64,000 bases of DNA. Source: an uncultured virus (IMG/VR IMGVR_UViG_3300042449_001682). Taxonomy: Duplodnaviria > Heunggongvirae > Uroviricota > Caudoviricetes. A program made the translations under genes and the position numbers. Within the stretch, counting starts at the first letter, position 1; the number at the start of each line of letters is the position of its first letter. Shown piece after piece: positions 1 through 9,659 of this stretch. The DNA is taken from IMG/VR virus record IMGVR_UViG_3300042449_001682. The stretch is one strand, 5' to 3'. The notes under the pieces are model-generated. The model was not told the origin of the DNA. It did no database searches and saw nothing but the letters and a program-made list of their open reading frames with translations.

Positions 1-1294
1 AGGAGGCAGTATGATCAGAACCGACATAAAACCTAATATTTTTTTCACCAGTACCACCCGATTTAGTTATTATGTTTAAATTATTGGCATCAAAACTTAA
101 TAAAATTGAGTCATCGGGACCACCTATTGTAGGGCTTGTAGTATATCCTGACCCCATTTGAATGAAAGAGAATGCACTTTTTTCGTTCAACGAAACAAAT
201 TGTTGTTGATTGGTAGTACCACCTGATATAGATAAAGAGTTAGAATTTATTGTGGGTCTCCAAATAAAATTACCATATGTTGTTTCTATATCTATATTCC
301 CTAAAATCGGCACTTTCCCAATACCTAATCTTTTATTAGTAACATCAAAATAAAAATTATTATTTGATCCAATGATAATATCACCCTCATCTAATGGGTT
401 AATCTCTAAAGGTGAGCAAGAATGTATTTTTGACACATATATATCACTAATACAAGTTGCAGATGTGTTTCCAGTAAAAGTTCCACCAGATAAAGATGAA
501 AGATTTATTGGGTTCGCAGAACCACCAGTATTCCAATTTAATAATAAACTAGTGCCAGATAAAGTACCACCAGTGACGTATGTGTTTGTATCAGCACTTG
601 AGTTTGGTAACCATTCACCTTCACCATTACTACCAGTTTGAGTTAATACATATCCAATAGTTGATGCAGATGCACCATTACTAATCGTTATCTTATTAGT
701 ATATAACCTACCATCTATAGTGGCATCCTCCACAGATTGTAAATAATCTAGCGGACCTTTATAATCTAATGTTCCTGCAGAAAAATTTTCCAGTGTTGCG
801 GTAGTAACTCCCGAAAAAGTTATATTTGGTAAAATTGACGATACACTATTGAATGAATACGTTATGGAGTATCCCGTATACTGGGTACCAATTATATAGT
901 CACCAGTGTATCCTGTTTGTGTTAAAGTCCAAAAAGGACCAACTATCTGTGTATCTGCACTTAATGTGGTTATCGGTAAAGTTAATCCAGATGTCCCACC
1001 ACTAAATAAAGGATTAGTCCATGTTGTCCCAGTATAACCACTAAAAACGGAACTGTAGTTCGGTGAGGATACGTTTGAAACATCAAAAAGTGTTGTTCCA
1101 GTATTACCACTAAAAATACAATCTTGAGATGATACAATACCTAAAGAAACTGTTGTTCCTGTATCTACTCCTGTTGGATAACCACTAAATGGTATACCAG
1201 CCTCAATTTTCCCATCAAATGTCGCAGTTTCACCAGTTATTATCTTTGCTTGTCTTGAAAGATCTAATAATGTTGTAAATTTATTTATAGACAT
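1..1294 (-). CDS. Ser/Thr/Gly-rich virion structural protein, tail-fibre-like (3' end outside window)
   Basis: Not in the ORF track because it runs off the window. My translation from ATG at 1294 gives MSINKFTTLLDLSRQAKIITGETATFDG...FSGYTGTT...GYVLTQTGSNGEGEW...FYFDVTNKRLGIG, open to base 1. GYVLT..G.G.W and D..N.RLGIG are fibre-like motifs. Late box at 1309-1316. Confidence 0.75.
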   Translation of the reverse strand, partial: MSINKFTTLLDLSRQAKIITGETATFDGKIEAGIPFSGYPTGVDTGTTVSLGIVSSQDCIFSGNTGTTLFDVSNVSSPNYSSVFSGYTGTTWTNPLFSGGTSGLTLPITTLSADTQIVGPFWTLTQTGYTGDYIIGTQYTGYSITYSFNSVSSILPNITFSGVTTATLENFSAGTLDYKGPLDYLQSVEDATIDGRLYTNKITISNGASASTIGYVLTQTGSNGEGEWLPNSSADTNTYVTGGTLSGTSLLLNWNTGGSANPINLSSLSGGTFTGNTSATCISDIYVSKIHSCSPLEINPLDEGDIIIGSNNNFYFDVTNKRLGIGKVPILGNIDIETTYGNFIWRPTINSNSLSISGGTTNQQQFVSLNEKSAFSFIQMGSGYTTSPTIGGPDDSILLSFDANNLNIITKSGGTGEKNIRFYVGSDHTAS

Positions 1295-1308
1295 GTCTTC
1301 ATTTTAAA

Positions 1309-1337
1309 ATAAATATTTAGATTTCTGTTATATTTAT
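1309..1337. promoter_or_regulatory. Back-to-back late promoter boxes (ATATTTAT on each sense strand)
   Basis: ATAAATAT at 1309-1316 serves the minus gene starting at 1294. ATATTTAT at 1330-1337 serves the plus gene starting at 1353. Confidence 0.65.
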
Positions 1338-1352
1338 ATAAAAAACTTTATT

Positions 1353-2198
1353 ATGAGAAAAACATTTAAGAAATCTGACATTATTAAATATTTCGATACT
1401 AAAAAAACAAAATTATCTGAAGAAAAGGTTAATGAATTCATTAATCCAAATGGTTCGTTAATTAGTCCCACAGATAATTATAAACAAAATAGGAATTTCG
1501 TAAAATCTAAAAAAACTACTGATGACTATGTTAGAAATTCTACACAAGGTCCTGAGGCTTATTTTATTTATGGTGGACCTTATTACGGTATTAATTACAC
1601 AAAAGTAGTTAGTGAGGATGAATCAATTTTAGATTTAGATAGTAACGATGATTTTTATGATGAATTAAATGTAGTCCCTACTAAGAAATATAGTAGAGAT
1701 GAAAACGAAAGAAAAAATAGAGAGGCTAAACAAATGGCTGATAAAGATATTAGTAGTCACTATTTTAAACAATCTGATCCTGTTTATGATCATTTACCTT
1801 CTGAAAAATGGAGAGGTTATAAATTACCGTATGATACATCATTTGATGTAGATGTTTTTGAGAGTGAGGAATCTATGAAATCTTTGGTTGATGAGATTGT
1901 TATGAAAAACAAAACTGTTAATAAGGGTATTGTAAAAAGAATGAAAGAAGTTGATTTAATGGTAGAACCATCATCAATACCTGATATTAGTGAATTAAAA
2001 ACTAACTATGAAAAACCTATGATAGTTAGAAAAATTAACAGTCTTTTAGATTTAATAAATAAAGAAAATATAAAAGGTACTGAATTAAGTATAGTTCTAA
2101 ATCACTTAATTAATAATTTAGATATTTATACTATAGATGAGGAACACAGACAATTAATTGGTGATAAAATCAAATATGGCGAAGAGAAAGGAAAATAA
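1353..2198 (+). CDS. Hypothetical late protein (possible head-internal protein)
   Basis: 281-aa ORF behind a late box; several hydrophobic-x-E sites (LSEE, VSED, VFES). Confidence 0.6.
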   Translation: MRKTFKKSDIIKYFDTKKTKLSEEKVNEFINPNGSLISPTDNYKQNRNFVKSKKTTDDYVRNSTQGPEAYFIYGGPYYGINYTKVVSEDESILDLDSNDDFYDELNVVPTKKYSRDENERKNREAKQMADKDISSHYFKQSDPVYDHLPSEKWRGYKLPYDTSFDVDVFESEESMKSLVDEIVMKNKTVNKGIVKRMKEVDLMVEPSSIPDISELKTNYEKPMIVRKINSLLDLINKENIKGTELSIVLNHLINNLDIYTIDEEHRQLIGDKIKYGEEKGK

Positions 2199-2724
2199 AG
2201 GTGGTAATAGTAAATTAAAAGGTAAGGAATGGAATTGTCCTGATTACGTTTTAAACGCTATTGGTAATGCAGTTAAAACTTATGAAACGTTAAAAAAAGA
2301 AGATATTAACCAAAACCAACAAACTGAAGGATATAAAAGGGCGAAAGGTATTTTAGAAAACAAAAAAATAAAATACGAACACATGAAAAAAATAAAGAGT
2401 TGGTTTGATAATTTTGATGGTAATCACAACGATATTGAGTATAGGTTAAATGGTGGTAAGACAATGCACAACTGGGTTGATGGTACTCTTAATAAAGAAA
2501 GAAGGGCAATTGAGGCACCTAAAAAAATAAAAAATGAAACTGGATTAACCAACCAATTTATAAAGGATCATGAAAAAGACGATACTAAGATAAATAAAAA
2601 TTCATTAAAAATAAGGATACCTCGACCAAATAAAGATATTTCTGGACAGATAATGAGAGGAAAACCTGTTTATGAAGAAATAGAAAGAATGAGAAATTTA
2701 ATAATATACGAATCTAAAATATAA
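2176..2724 (+). CDS. Hypothetical basic protein with C-terminal EEIERMRNLI motif
   Basis: Probable start is ATG 2176 (MAKRKENK). The C-terminus VYEEIERMRNLIIYESKI matches N-terminal motifs of the ORFs starting at 61206 and 63327. Confidence 0.65.
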   Translation: MAKRKENKGGNSKLKGKEWNCPDYVLNAIGNAVKTYETLKKEDINQNQQTEGYKRAKGILENKKIKYEHMKKIKSWFDNFDGNHNDIEYRLNGGKTMHNWVDGTLNKERRAIEAPKKIKNETGLTNQFIKDHEKDDTKINKNSLKIRIPRPNKDISGQIMRGKPVYEEIERMRNLIIYESKI

Positions 2725-2728
2725 AATT

Positions 2729-3091
2729 ATGGGAAAAACTAAATTAGAACAATTGGCGGATCAATTTAGAATTGATAATACTAAGGCTAACACATATTTA
2801 CCAGGTAGTGGTAAACAATATGATCAAGGACACCCTAACGCAATATCTGATGGAGATGGTAAGGGTAGAGGTACTAACAGTAATAGTGATTTATTGAATA
2901 CGACTAGTGGTGGTAACGATATTGATATTAACGGTAATCCATCTTATCCTGGAACAGGTAGAAATCAATTAATTGCTAGAAATGAATCAAAGTATGGATC
3001 TCAGTATGGTCCTAATGGTTACGGTCCAACTAAACCTTACTTCCCTAACTATATTTTAAATAACGTTAACTTAGATAACGTCAATATTTAA
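2729..3091 (+). CDS. Hypothetical Gly/Asn-rich protein
   Basis: 120-aa ORF tightly packed in the late operon. Confidence 0.6.
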   Translation: MGKTKLEQLADQFRIDNTKANTYLPGSGKQYDQGHPNAISDGDGKGRGTNSNSDLLNTTSGGNDIDINGNPSYPGTGRNQLIARNESKYGSQYGPNGYGPTKPYFPNYILNNVNLDNVNI

Positions 3092-3093
3092 TC

Positions 3094-3462
3094 ATGACTC
3101 TTTACAACTTAGCAGAAAGCCTTATACTTGAAGTTGCCAGTAGATCTACAATTATGGATTGTATGAATGGAAAACGTATTGCTGAATTGTATTACGATGA
3201 TGGTGAAGATCCTGGTGGAAAAGGTAGACGATGGATTGAAATATATACTTACGGTAAATCTAAAGCAGGAAATGACGTAATTAGAGTTTATCAGTTAGGT
3301 GGAGATACTAAAACTATACAACCTGGATGGAAAATGTTTAGAGTTGATAGAATGAATGGATTTAGAAAATTAGGAGGTAATTTCAATGAACCAAGAAAAT
3401 TATTCAACCCAAACGGAGATAAAGATATGATAGAAATTTATAATATAATAAAATTTGATTAA
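3094..3462 (+). CDS. Stand-alone WYL-domain protein
   Basis: ELYYDD...GRRWIEIYTYG...IRVYQ...GWKMFRVDRM follows the WYL pattern (Y..R.i.p..l..., w+.FR.DRI). Confidence 0.7.
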   Translation: MTLYNLAESLILEVASRSTIMDCMNGKRIAELYYDDGEDPGGKGRRWIEIYTYGKSKAGNDVIRVYQLGGDTKTIQPGWKMFRVDRMNGFRKLGGNFNEPRKLFNPNGDKDMIEIYNIIKFD

Positions 3463-3464
3463 AA

Positions 3465-4040
3465 ATGAGTGATGTAAATAAATTAAAAGATATTTTAAGT
3501 AGATCTAAAGCAATTATTCAGAAGACAGAACAAAATTACGGTACGACATCTAATAATGGACAATCATTAGGTGTTAGTGAGAGTGTTGAAAAAGAAATCC
3601 CAAATCTTACTGAAGACTACATAAGTAAAAATTATAATGGTAATACTAAAAGTGTTGCACCAACAAATGGTAGATATAGAAATTTAGAAAAATCTAAAAT
3701 GCCTAGTTTTATTAAAGAGGCTATGATTAATGAACCTATTGATATTCCAGAAACACCTTTCCATACATTTGAATTAGATGATGTTAATGATTTAATTTCT
3801 AATGGTGATTATGAAGAACAACCTAAACCAGTGAATAGAGTAAAAAAATCTGATAATATGTCTTTAAATTTAAATGAGACTGTAATTAAAAAAATTGTTA
3901 GAGAAGAAATGGAAGATGTTGTTAGAAGTGTTATTGAAGAATATTTAGATAAGTCATTAGTGACTGAAGATATTCAGATAAGGGTTGGTGGTACAACTTT
4001 CTCAGGTAAACTGAAACCACTACCACAAAAAAGAAGATAA
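3465..4040 (+). CDS. Hypothetical late protein
   Basis: 191-aa ORF; LNLNETVIKKIVREE and LVTED motifs; ends at a bidirectional terminator. Confidence 0.6.
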   Translation: MSDVNKLKDILSRSKAIIQKTEQNYGTTSNNGQSLGVSESVEKEIPNLTEDYISKNYNGNTKSVAPTNGRYRNLEKSKMPSFIKEAMINEPIDIPETPFHTFELDDVNDLISNGDYEEQPKPVNRVKKSDNMSLNLNETVIKKIVREEMEDVVRSVIEEYLDKSLVTEDIQIRVGGTTFSGKLKPLPQKRR

Positions 4041-4042
4041 AT

Positions 4043-4070
4043 AAAAAAACCCTCAGTAGAGGGTTTTTCT
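4043..4070. terminator. Bidirectional intrinsic terminator
   Basis: AAAAACCCTC-AGTA-GAGGGTTTTT hairpin flanked by A and T runs between convergent genes. Confidence 0.85.
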
Positions 4071-4072
4071 TT

Positions 4073-4642
4073 TTAAGACAATTGTGATTGTAATTCACCT
4101 AATCCCTCAACAATCTGAGACTTAGGAACCCAAAAGGTTAAATCACCAATCTCTTCAATTTTCATCTTAAGTAGTTTTTTAAATACTACTACATCCTCTT
4201 CTTTTTTAACATAAGGTATACCCAAATTTTTTGCACATACTGGACCGACACCAGTTGCCTGCGATTTCCAATCAGTCAAATCCAAACCACAACATCTACA
4301 AGAAGTAACATCAGAAGTGTTCATTCTACCAACAACCTCGTATGCCTTATTAGTACTTCTCAATACTTTTGTGATGGTAACTAAGAAAGGACGGAATTCT
4401 AATTTATTATCTTCCGCAATTCTTTTAGCGATAAATTTACTTACTTTAAGATTAACATTAATCTCTTTAGTTTCAGAAACTTGTGGTTTAGGTTGTTCGA
4501 ACTTACTAAAAAAACTATCCGCTGCAGAAAGTTGTTTAGGTGTAAGTGAACCGTATTTGTTAAGTCCACTTTGTAGAGAAAGGATAAAACCATTATTTCC
4601 TTTGTACTCTTTTACTTTTGATAAGATTGATGAATTTTCCAT
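4073..4642 (-). CDS. Zinc-finger protein, DUF6011-like
   Basis: CRCCGLDLTDWKSQATGVGPVCAK fits C..CG..LT...S...G.GP.C. Confidence 0.65.
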   Translation of the reverse strand: MENSSILSKVKEYKGNNGFILSLQSGLNKYGSLTPKQLSAADSFFSKFEQPKPQVSETKEINVNLKVSKFIAKRIAEDNKLEFRPFLVTITKVLRSTNKAYEVVGRMNTSDVTSCRCCGLDLTDWKSQATGVGPVCAKNLGIPYVKKEEDVVVFKKLLKMKIEEIGDLTFWVPKSQIVEGLGELQSQLS

Positions 4643-4662
4643 AGTTGTTTTGTTTTGTTAAG

Positions 4663-4694
4663 TAAAAGTAATACAAGTTTTCCAAACTTCCAAA
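4663..4694 (-). promoter_or_regulatory. Bacteroidota-type -33/-7 promoter (one mismatch)
   Basis: Minus strand reads TTTG-N20-TACTTTTA upstream of ATG 4642. Confidence 0.55.
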
Positions 4695-4762
4695 TTTTTT
4701 ACTAATTTTTTTTTACTATTTAAAAAAATATAGAAAATAGTATAATTCTAAAAAAAATTATT

Positions 4763-6019
4763 ATGAGTAAAATTAATATATTAGTAGTACCAAGTGACAG
4801 AACAGGAGTGAGTTATTATAGGTCAACAATCCCACACATTAAATTAGAAGAATACTTTCCTAATGACTTTAAGGTTGATATTGACTACGAACCAGATTTA
4901 AATAATGACTCATATCTTAAACAATATGATTTAATCCACTATCATCGTGCGTTAGGTGATTACGATAATTTACCTAAATTATTAGATAGATGTGATGAAT
5001 TGGGTATTGCCACTATAATGGATCTTGATGATCATTGGTCACCAGGACAAGATCACCCTGCGTGGGCAATTATACAACAACATCAGTTGGATAAAAAGAT
5101 ATTGAATAATATTAAAGTTTCTAGAAACGTAACAACTACAACACCTATTTTTGCAGATGAAATTAGAAGAGTTAATAAAAATGTTTATGTTATCCCTAAC
5201 GCCATTAATCCTGAAGAAAAACAATATAAAAGTAATCCTGAAAAAAGTGATAGGGTAAGAATTGGGTGGTTAGGTGGTTCTTCTCATATAAAAGACTTAG
5301 AAATATTAAAGGGTGTTGTTAGTAAATTTAAAAGTGATGGTTTAATTGATAAGGTACAATTTGTACTTTGTGGGTTTGATTTAAGAGGTAGTGTTACAAC
5401 TATCGATAAGGCAACTGGTCAACAACAACAAAGACCAATCAAACCTATGGAATCTGTTTGGTATCATTACGAAAAAATATTTACTGATGATTATAAAATT
5501 GTTAGTGATGATTATAAAAAATTCTTACACACATTTGAAAACAAAGAATATGAAAATGTAAAAAATGAACCATATAGAAGGGTGTGGACTAAACCTATCA
5601 CATCATACGCATCCAATTATAATCTTTTTGATGTATCTTTAGCACCACTAAAAGAGAGTACTTTTAATAAAGTTAAATCACAATTAAAGGTAATTGAGGC
5701 AGGTTTTCACAAAAAGGCTATAGTTGGACAAGACTTTGGACCTTATAAGATTGATATTGTAGATTCCTATGAAAAAGGTGGTACATATAGTGAAAACGGG
5801 AACGGATTATTAATACCAACAATTAAGAATCATAAATTATGGTATTCACATTTAAGACGATTGGTTGAGAATCCCCAAATTATTACGACTATGGGTGAAA
5901 ACCTTTATAATACCGTTAATGGTAGATATGATATGAAATCCGTTTGTACTCAGAGAAAGGAACTATATAGTAAATTAGTAGAGGAAAAAAAGAACTCTAA
6001 AGTTGATTTAGTCAAATAA
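4763..6019 (+). CDS. Glycosyltransferase, GT-B fold
   Basis: GVSYYRS, MDLDDHW, VIPNAI, RIGWLGGSSH.KDL, DVSLAPL...FNKVKSQLKVIEAG. Confidence 0.85.
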   Translation: MSKINILVVPSDRTGVSYYRSTIPHIKLEEYFPNDFKVDIDYEPDLNNDSYLKQYDLIHYHRALGDYDNLPKLLDRCDELGIATIMDLDDHWSPGQDHPAWAIIQQHQLDKKILNNIKVSRNVTTTTPIFADEIRRVNKNVYVIPNAINPEEKQYKSNPEKSDRVRIGWLGGSSHIKDLEILKGVVSKFKSDGLIDKVQFVLCGFDLRGSVTTIDKATGQQQQRPIKPMESVWYHYEKIFTDDYKIVSDDYKKFLHTFENKEYENVKNEPYRRVWTKPITSYASNYNLFDVSLAPLKESTFNKVKSQLKVIEAGFHKKAIVGQDFGPYKIDIVDSYEKGGTYSENGNGLLIPTIKNHKLWYSHLRRLVENPQIITTMGENLYNTVNGRYDMKSVCTQRKELYSKLVEEKKNSKVDLVK

Positions 6020-6031
6020 AATCCTTATTAT
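6003..6031 (+). promoter_or_regulatory. sigma70-like -35/-10 promoter
   Basis: TTGATT-N17-TATTAT upstream of ATG 6051. Confidence 0.45.
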
Positions 6032-6050
6032 TATAACAAAATATAGTAAT

Positions 6051-6614
6051 ATGGAACTAAAAGATAAAATCTTAAAAAATCGAGAAAAGTTTGAAAAAAC
6101 TAATGGGGTATATAATATCTTCACCGAACAATTGTTAAAGTTTTTAGGTGAGAATCTTTTTACTGCACCCGCATCAAATATGAAAAGTATGTATAATGCT
6201 TTTCCAGGTGGTTTAGTAGATCACATTCTCAAAGTAACTAAATATGCAATTAATATTAACGATACTTTACCTGAAGAATTAAGGGTTGACAAGGCATCAA
6301 TTATTAAAGTATGTTTCCTCCACCAAATAGGTAAGACATTCTTATTTAACTTTTGTGATTCGGAATGGCATAGAAATAATGTTGGTAAAATGTATGACTT
6401 CAACGAAGAATTGATTTCTATGAGAGTCGGTGAAAGATCTGCATTTTATTGTTTAAATAACGGTGTCGAGTTAAGTGAAGAAGAATATCAATCAATACTA
6501 AACTTTGATAAGTCTGATGAGGACAAACAATCTAAGTGGTATGGTAGTACACTGTCAACAGTTTTAAGGATTGCAAATGATTTATCAATAATAGAGTGTA
6601 AAGAAAATAATTAA
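6051..6614 (+). CDS. HD-superfamily (YhaM-like) protein with HQ in place of HD
   Basis: TAPAS...AFPGGLVDHILKV and CFLHQIGK. Confidence 0.7.
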   Translation: MELKDKILKNREKFEKTNGVYNIFTEQLLKFLGENLFTAPASNMKSMYNAFPGGLVDHILKVTKYAININDTLPEELRVDKASIIKVCFLHQIGKTFLFNFCDSEWHRNNVGKMYDFNEELISMRVGERSAFYCLNNGVELSEEEYQSILNFDKSDEDKQSKWYGSTLSTVLRIANDLSIIECKENN

Positions 6615-6615
6615 T

Positions 6616-7176
6616 ATGGACGGATTAGAAAAAGAATTAAGAGAATTAGAGGAACTAAAAAATATTGTTTCTCAAATAGAGGGAATGACTGAGTTAAATT
6701 TAGATAATTTTGAATTTATGACAGAATTTAAGGTGAAAACTAAATTTACTAATACCTCGAATAATCCTGATCCTGAATATGCGAAAGTTGGTGATAGTGG
6801 TTTTGATATTAGGGCTAATATTACTGAACCATTAACTCTTAAACCATTAGAAAGAGTTTTGGTACCTACGGGACTTAGATTTGAATTATCTAGCAACACT
6901 GAATTACAAGTTAGACCTAGAAGTGGTATGGCTTTAAAACACGGTATTAGTGTTTTAAATACACCTGGTACTGTTGATGAGGGATATAGAGGTGAAGTAA
7001 GTATTATTGCAATTAATCTAAGTAATGAAACCTATACCATTAATCCTGGTGAAAGAATTGCACAAGGTGTTATTATGAATGTAGTAGGTCAAGGTATTTC
7101 TGAATTAGTTAAAGTAAATGATTTATCATCTACTGAAAGAGGTAGTGATGGTTTTGGGTCAACAGGTAAGGAGTAA
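6616..7176 (+). CDS. dut: dUTPase (trimeric)
   Basis: SGFDIRA, QVRPRSG, NTPGTVDEGYRGE, ERIAQ, RGSDGFGSTG. Confidence 0.97.
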   Translation: MDGLEKELRELEELKNIVSQIEGMTELNLDNFEFMTEFKVKTKFTNTSNNPDPEYAKVGDSGFDIRANITEPLTLKPLERVLVPTGLRFELSSNTELQVRPRSGMALKHGISVLNTPGTVDEGYRGEVSIIAINLSNETYTINPGERIAQGVIMNVVGQGISELVKVNDLSSTERGSDGFGSTGKE

Positions 7177-7178
7177 TT

Positions 7179-7421
7179 ATGGAAAAAGAAAATTTTACAT
7201 ATCAAATCATAAAAAGTATGGTAAAAAATACCCCTAATGATTCTGAATTGGGTCAAAAAGTTAGAAATTTCTTTAAAGAAGAAGAACAATTAGATGGTGA
7301 TATTGATTTAAAAAAATATATTAAAATGGTTGAAGGTGAAATAGTTATGTCCAACTACAACGATGGTTGGTTGACTGCGTGGTTTAAAGAAAAATTAGAA
7401 AAATTAAGAGATAAAAAATGA
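7179..7421 (+). CDS. Hypothetical protein
   Basis: 80-aa ORF translationally coupled to its neighbours. Confidence 0.6.
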   Translation: MEKENFTYQIIKSMVKNTPNDSELGQKVRNFFKEEEQLDGDIDLKKYIKMVEGEIVMSNYNDGWLTAWFKEKLEKLRDKK

Positions 7422-8881
7422 TAACTATAGGGTATTCAACCAGAGAAAACAATGAAAAGTACATAGATTACTTAAAAAAAACTTGTGGGATAAAAAATGT
7501 TGAGGTTATACAAAAAGTTAATAATGGTGAAAAATCTTTATCACAAGTTTATAATGAAATATTAGATGAATCTACAAATGACATTATAATATTTTGTCAT
7601 GATGATTTAGAATTTGACACATCGAATTGGGGTAAAAGAATAATTAAACATTTTGAAAAATCTGACTTTGGTATTTTAGGTGTCGCAGGAACTACAGAAA
7701 TGCCCAAAAGTGGTATGTGGTGGGAAGACAAAAGAAAAATGGTTGGAATTGTTAACCATAAACATGAAGGTAAAAAATGGGAATCTAAATATTCTAAAAG
7801 TTGGGGTGATGATATAAGTGAATCTTGTATTGTTGATGGATTGTTTATTGCCATTGATAAAACTAAAATTAAGGAAAGGTTTGATGAAAGTGTTAGTGGA
7901 TTCCATTTTTACGATGTATATTTTTCCGTTAAAAATTTCTTAGGTGGTGTTAAAATTGGGGTTATCTTTAATGTTAGGTTAACACACCTATCAATAGGAC
8001 AAACAAATGAATCTTGGGAAGAAAAAAGACAGGTTTTTAGTACTGAATACGAAGATAAGTTACCGTTAAAATCTAACATCAATATAGATTATAACCTAAG
8101 AGAGTTTAAATTTTTAAAGAAATTTAAATTAAAGATTATTTTATCTGCCTCTGAAGACATTGAAAATACTAAAAAATCTATTGAGAAAATAGAATCATTT
8201 AATTTACCTAATTACGATATTAATTTAATATCTAATGACAGTAACTATGAAGAGATTAAGATTTTAGAAAATAAAAATTTAAAAGTTTATGAAGGTTCTT
8301 TTAATGAACAGTCTAAAAATCTTTCTATTTTAAAATGGGAAGATGATTTCATTAATGAAAGTTATGATTTAATTTTTTTCATAGATAAAAATGTTGAATT
8401 ATTAAATAATATTTTTTCATCTATTTGTGAAATATATCATAAAGAAAAAAATGTTTTTGGGTGTGCTTTTACCACATCGATTCAGAAGGATAAATCTATA
8501 TTTAGTTCTAAGTTTAATATAGTAAAAAACAAAGACAATCAGTTAAATCTGTTATTAGATTCAAATGGATCATTTTATAATGTCTTAAATGGATATTCTG
8601 AAAATAAAATGGGTAATTTGTCTGACGTTTTAGCAACTACATATTATAATATTATAAAAAATGATTGGTTTGATATTCAATATGATACCAACGTAGGTTA
8701 TATAGATTTTGCAATAAAATGTTCAAATAGGAAAATAAAATGTTTTTGTGATACAAATTCTGTTACCACACATAATTCATTTAATAATAGTGAATCATTC
8801 CAAAAAGATTTGAATAAATTATTACAGAGTATAGTTTCCAATGAAAATTCACAAAAGTTAATAAAAGAAATTGATGGTTAA
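7418..8881 (+). CDS. Two-domain GT-A (GT2-like) glycosyltransferase
   Basis: IIIFCHDDLEF, GILGVAG, VDGLFIA, FDE..GFHFYD; a second degenerate GT-A-like domain follows. Confidence 0.8.
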   Translation: MITIGYSTRENNEKYIDYLKKTCGIKNVEVIQKVNNGEKSLSQVYNEILDESTNDIIIFCHDDLEFDTSNWGKRIIKHFEKSDFGILGVAGTTEMPKSGMWWEDKRKMVGIVNHKHEGKKWESKYSKSWGDDISESCIVDGLFIAIDKTKIKERFDESVSGFHFYDVYFSVKNFLGGVKIGVIFNVRLTHLSIGQTNESWEEKRQVFSTEYEDKLPLKSNINIDYNLREFKFLKKFKLKIILSASEDIENTKKSIEKIESFNLPNYDINLISNDSNYEEIKILENKNLKVYEGSFNEQSKNLSILKWEDDFINESYDLIFFIDKNVELLNNIFSSICEIYHKEKNVFGCAFTTSIQKDKSIFSSKFNIVKNKDNQLNLLLDSNGSFYNVLNGYSENKMGNLSDVLATTYYNIIKNDWFDIQYDTNVGYIDFAIKCSNRKIKCFCDTNSVTTHNSFNNSESFQKDLNKLLQSIVSNENSQKLIKEIDG

Positions 8882-9659
8882 AATTGTTTCTGGATATACA
8901 GATAAAGGTGGGTCAACAACCGCATTTATTAATCTAACAAATTTTCTAAATGAAAATGGGATTGATTGTGTATTTTATGGTCCACACGAATGGCATTTAA
9001 ATAAATGTAAGTCTTCTCTTATGACAGATTTAGTATATGATGAAGATGATATTGTTATTACCCATTTTTTAGATTTAAAAGAAAGACCAAACGTAAAGAA
9101 GGTAATTTTATCTTGTCACGAAAAATGGTGGTTTCCTGTGGGTAAGATTAAACAACATTGGGATACGGTAGTATTTTTACACGATCAACACAGATCATTT
9201 CATAATGATTATAAGGGTGACTATACAATCATACCTAACCTAAAAGAAAATTTAAAAATTTCTGATAAAACAAATGTTAAAAATATTGCGGGTATTATTG
9301 GTACAATTGAAGATAGGAAACAAACTCATGTGTCTATACAGAGATCATTAAAAGATAAATGTGAAAAGATATATCTATTTGGTCATATCGGTGATGAAAA
9401 ATATTTTAATGATTATGTTAAACCGTTAATGATACCTAATAGGGTGATACAATTTGGTCATACAACTGATAAACAAGAGATGTATGATATGATTGGTAAA
9501 GTTTATCATTCATCTAAAGGTGAAGTTGCCTGTTTAGTAAAAGATGAATGTTATTTAACTAACACAGAATTTTATGGTAATGAGGAGACTGAAAACGAAG
9601 TCTCAAAACTAACTAACGAAGAAGTTTTAGTACTTTGGAAAAAATTATTTAATATATGA
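8874..9659 (+). CDS. Glycosyltransferase, GT-B-like
   Basis: KGGSTTAFINL, IIPNL, GIIGTIEDRK, YHSSKGEVACLVKDEC. Confidence 0.7.
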   Translation: MVKIVSGYTDKGGSTTAFINLTNFLNENGIDCVFYGPHEWHLNKCKSSLMTDLVYDEDDIVITHFLDLKERPNVKKVILSCHEKWWFPVGKIKQHWDTVVFLHDQHRSFHNDYKGDYTIIPNLKENLKISDKTNVKNIAGIIGTIEDRKQTHVSIQRSLKDKCEKIYLFGHIGDEKYFNDYVKPLMIPNRVIQFGHTTDKQEMYDMIGKVYHSSKGEVACLVKDECYLTNTEFYGNEETENEVSKLTNEEVLVLWKKLFNI

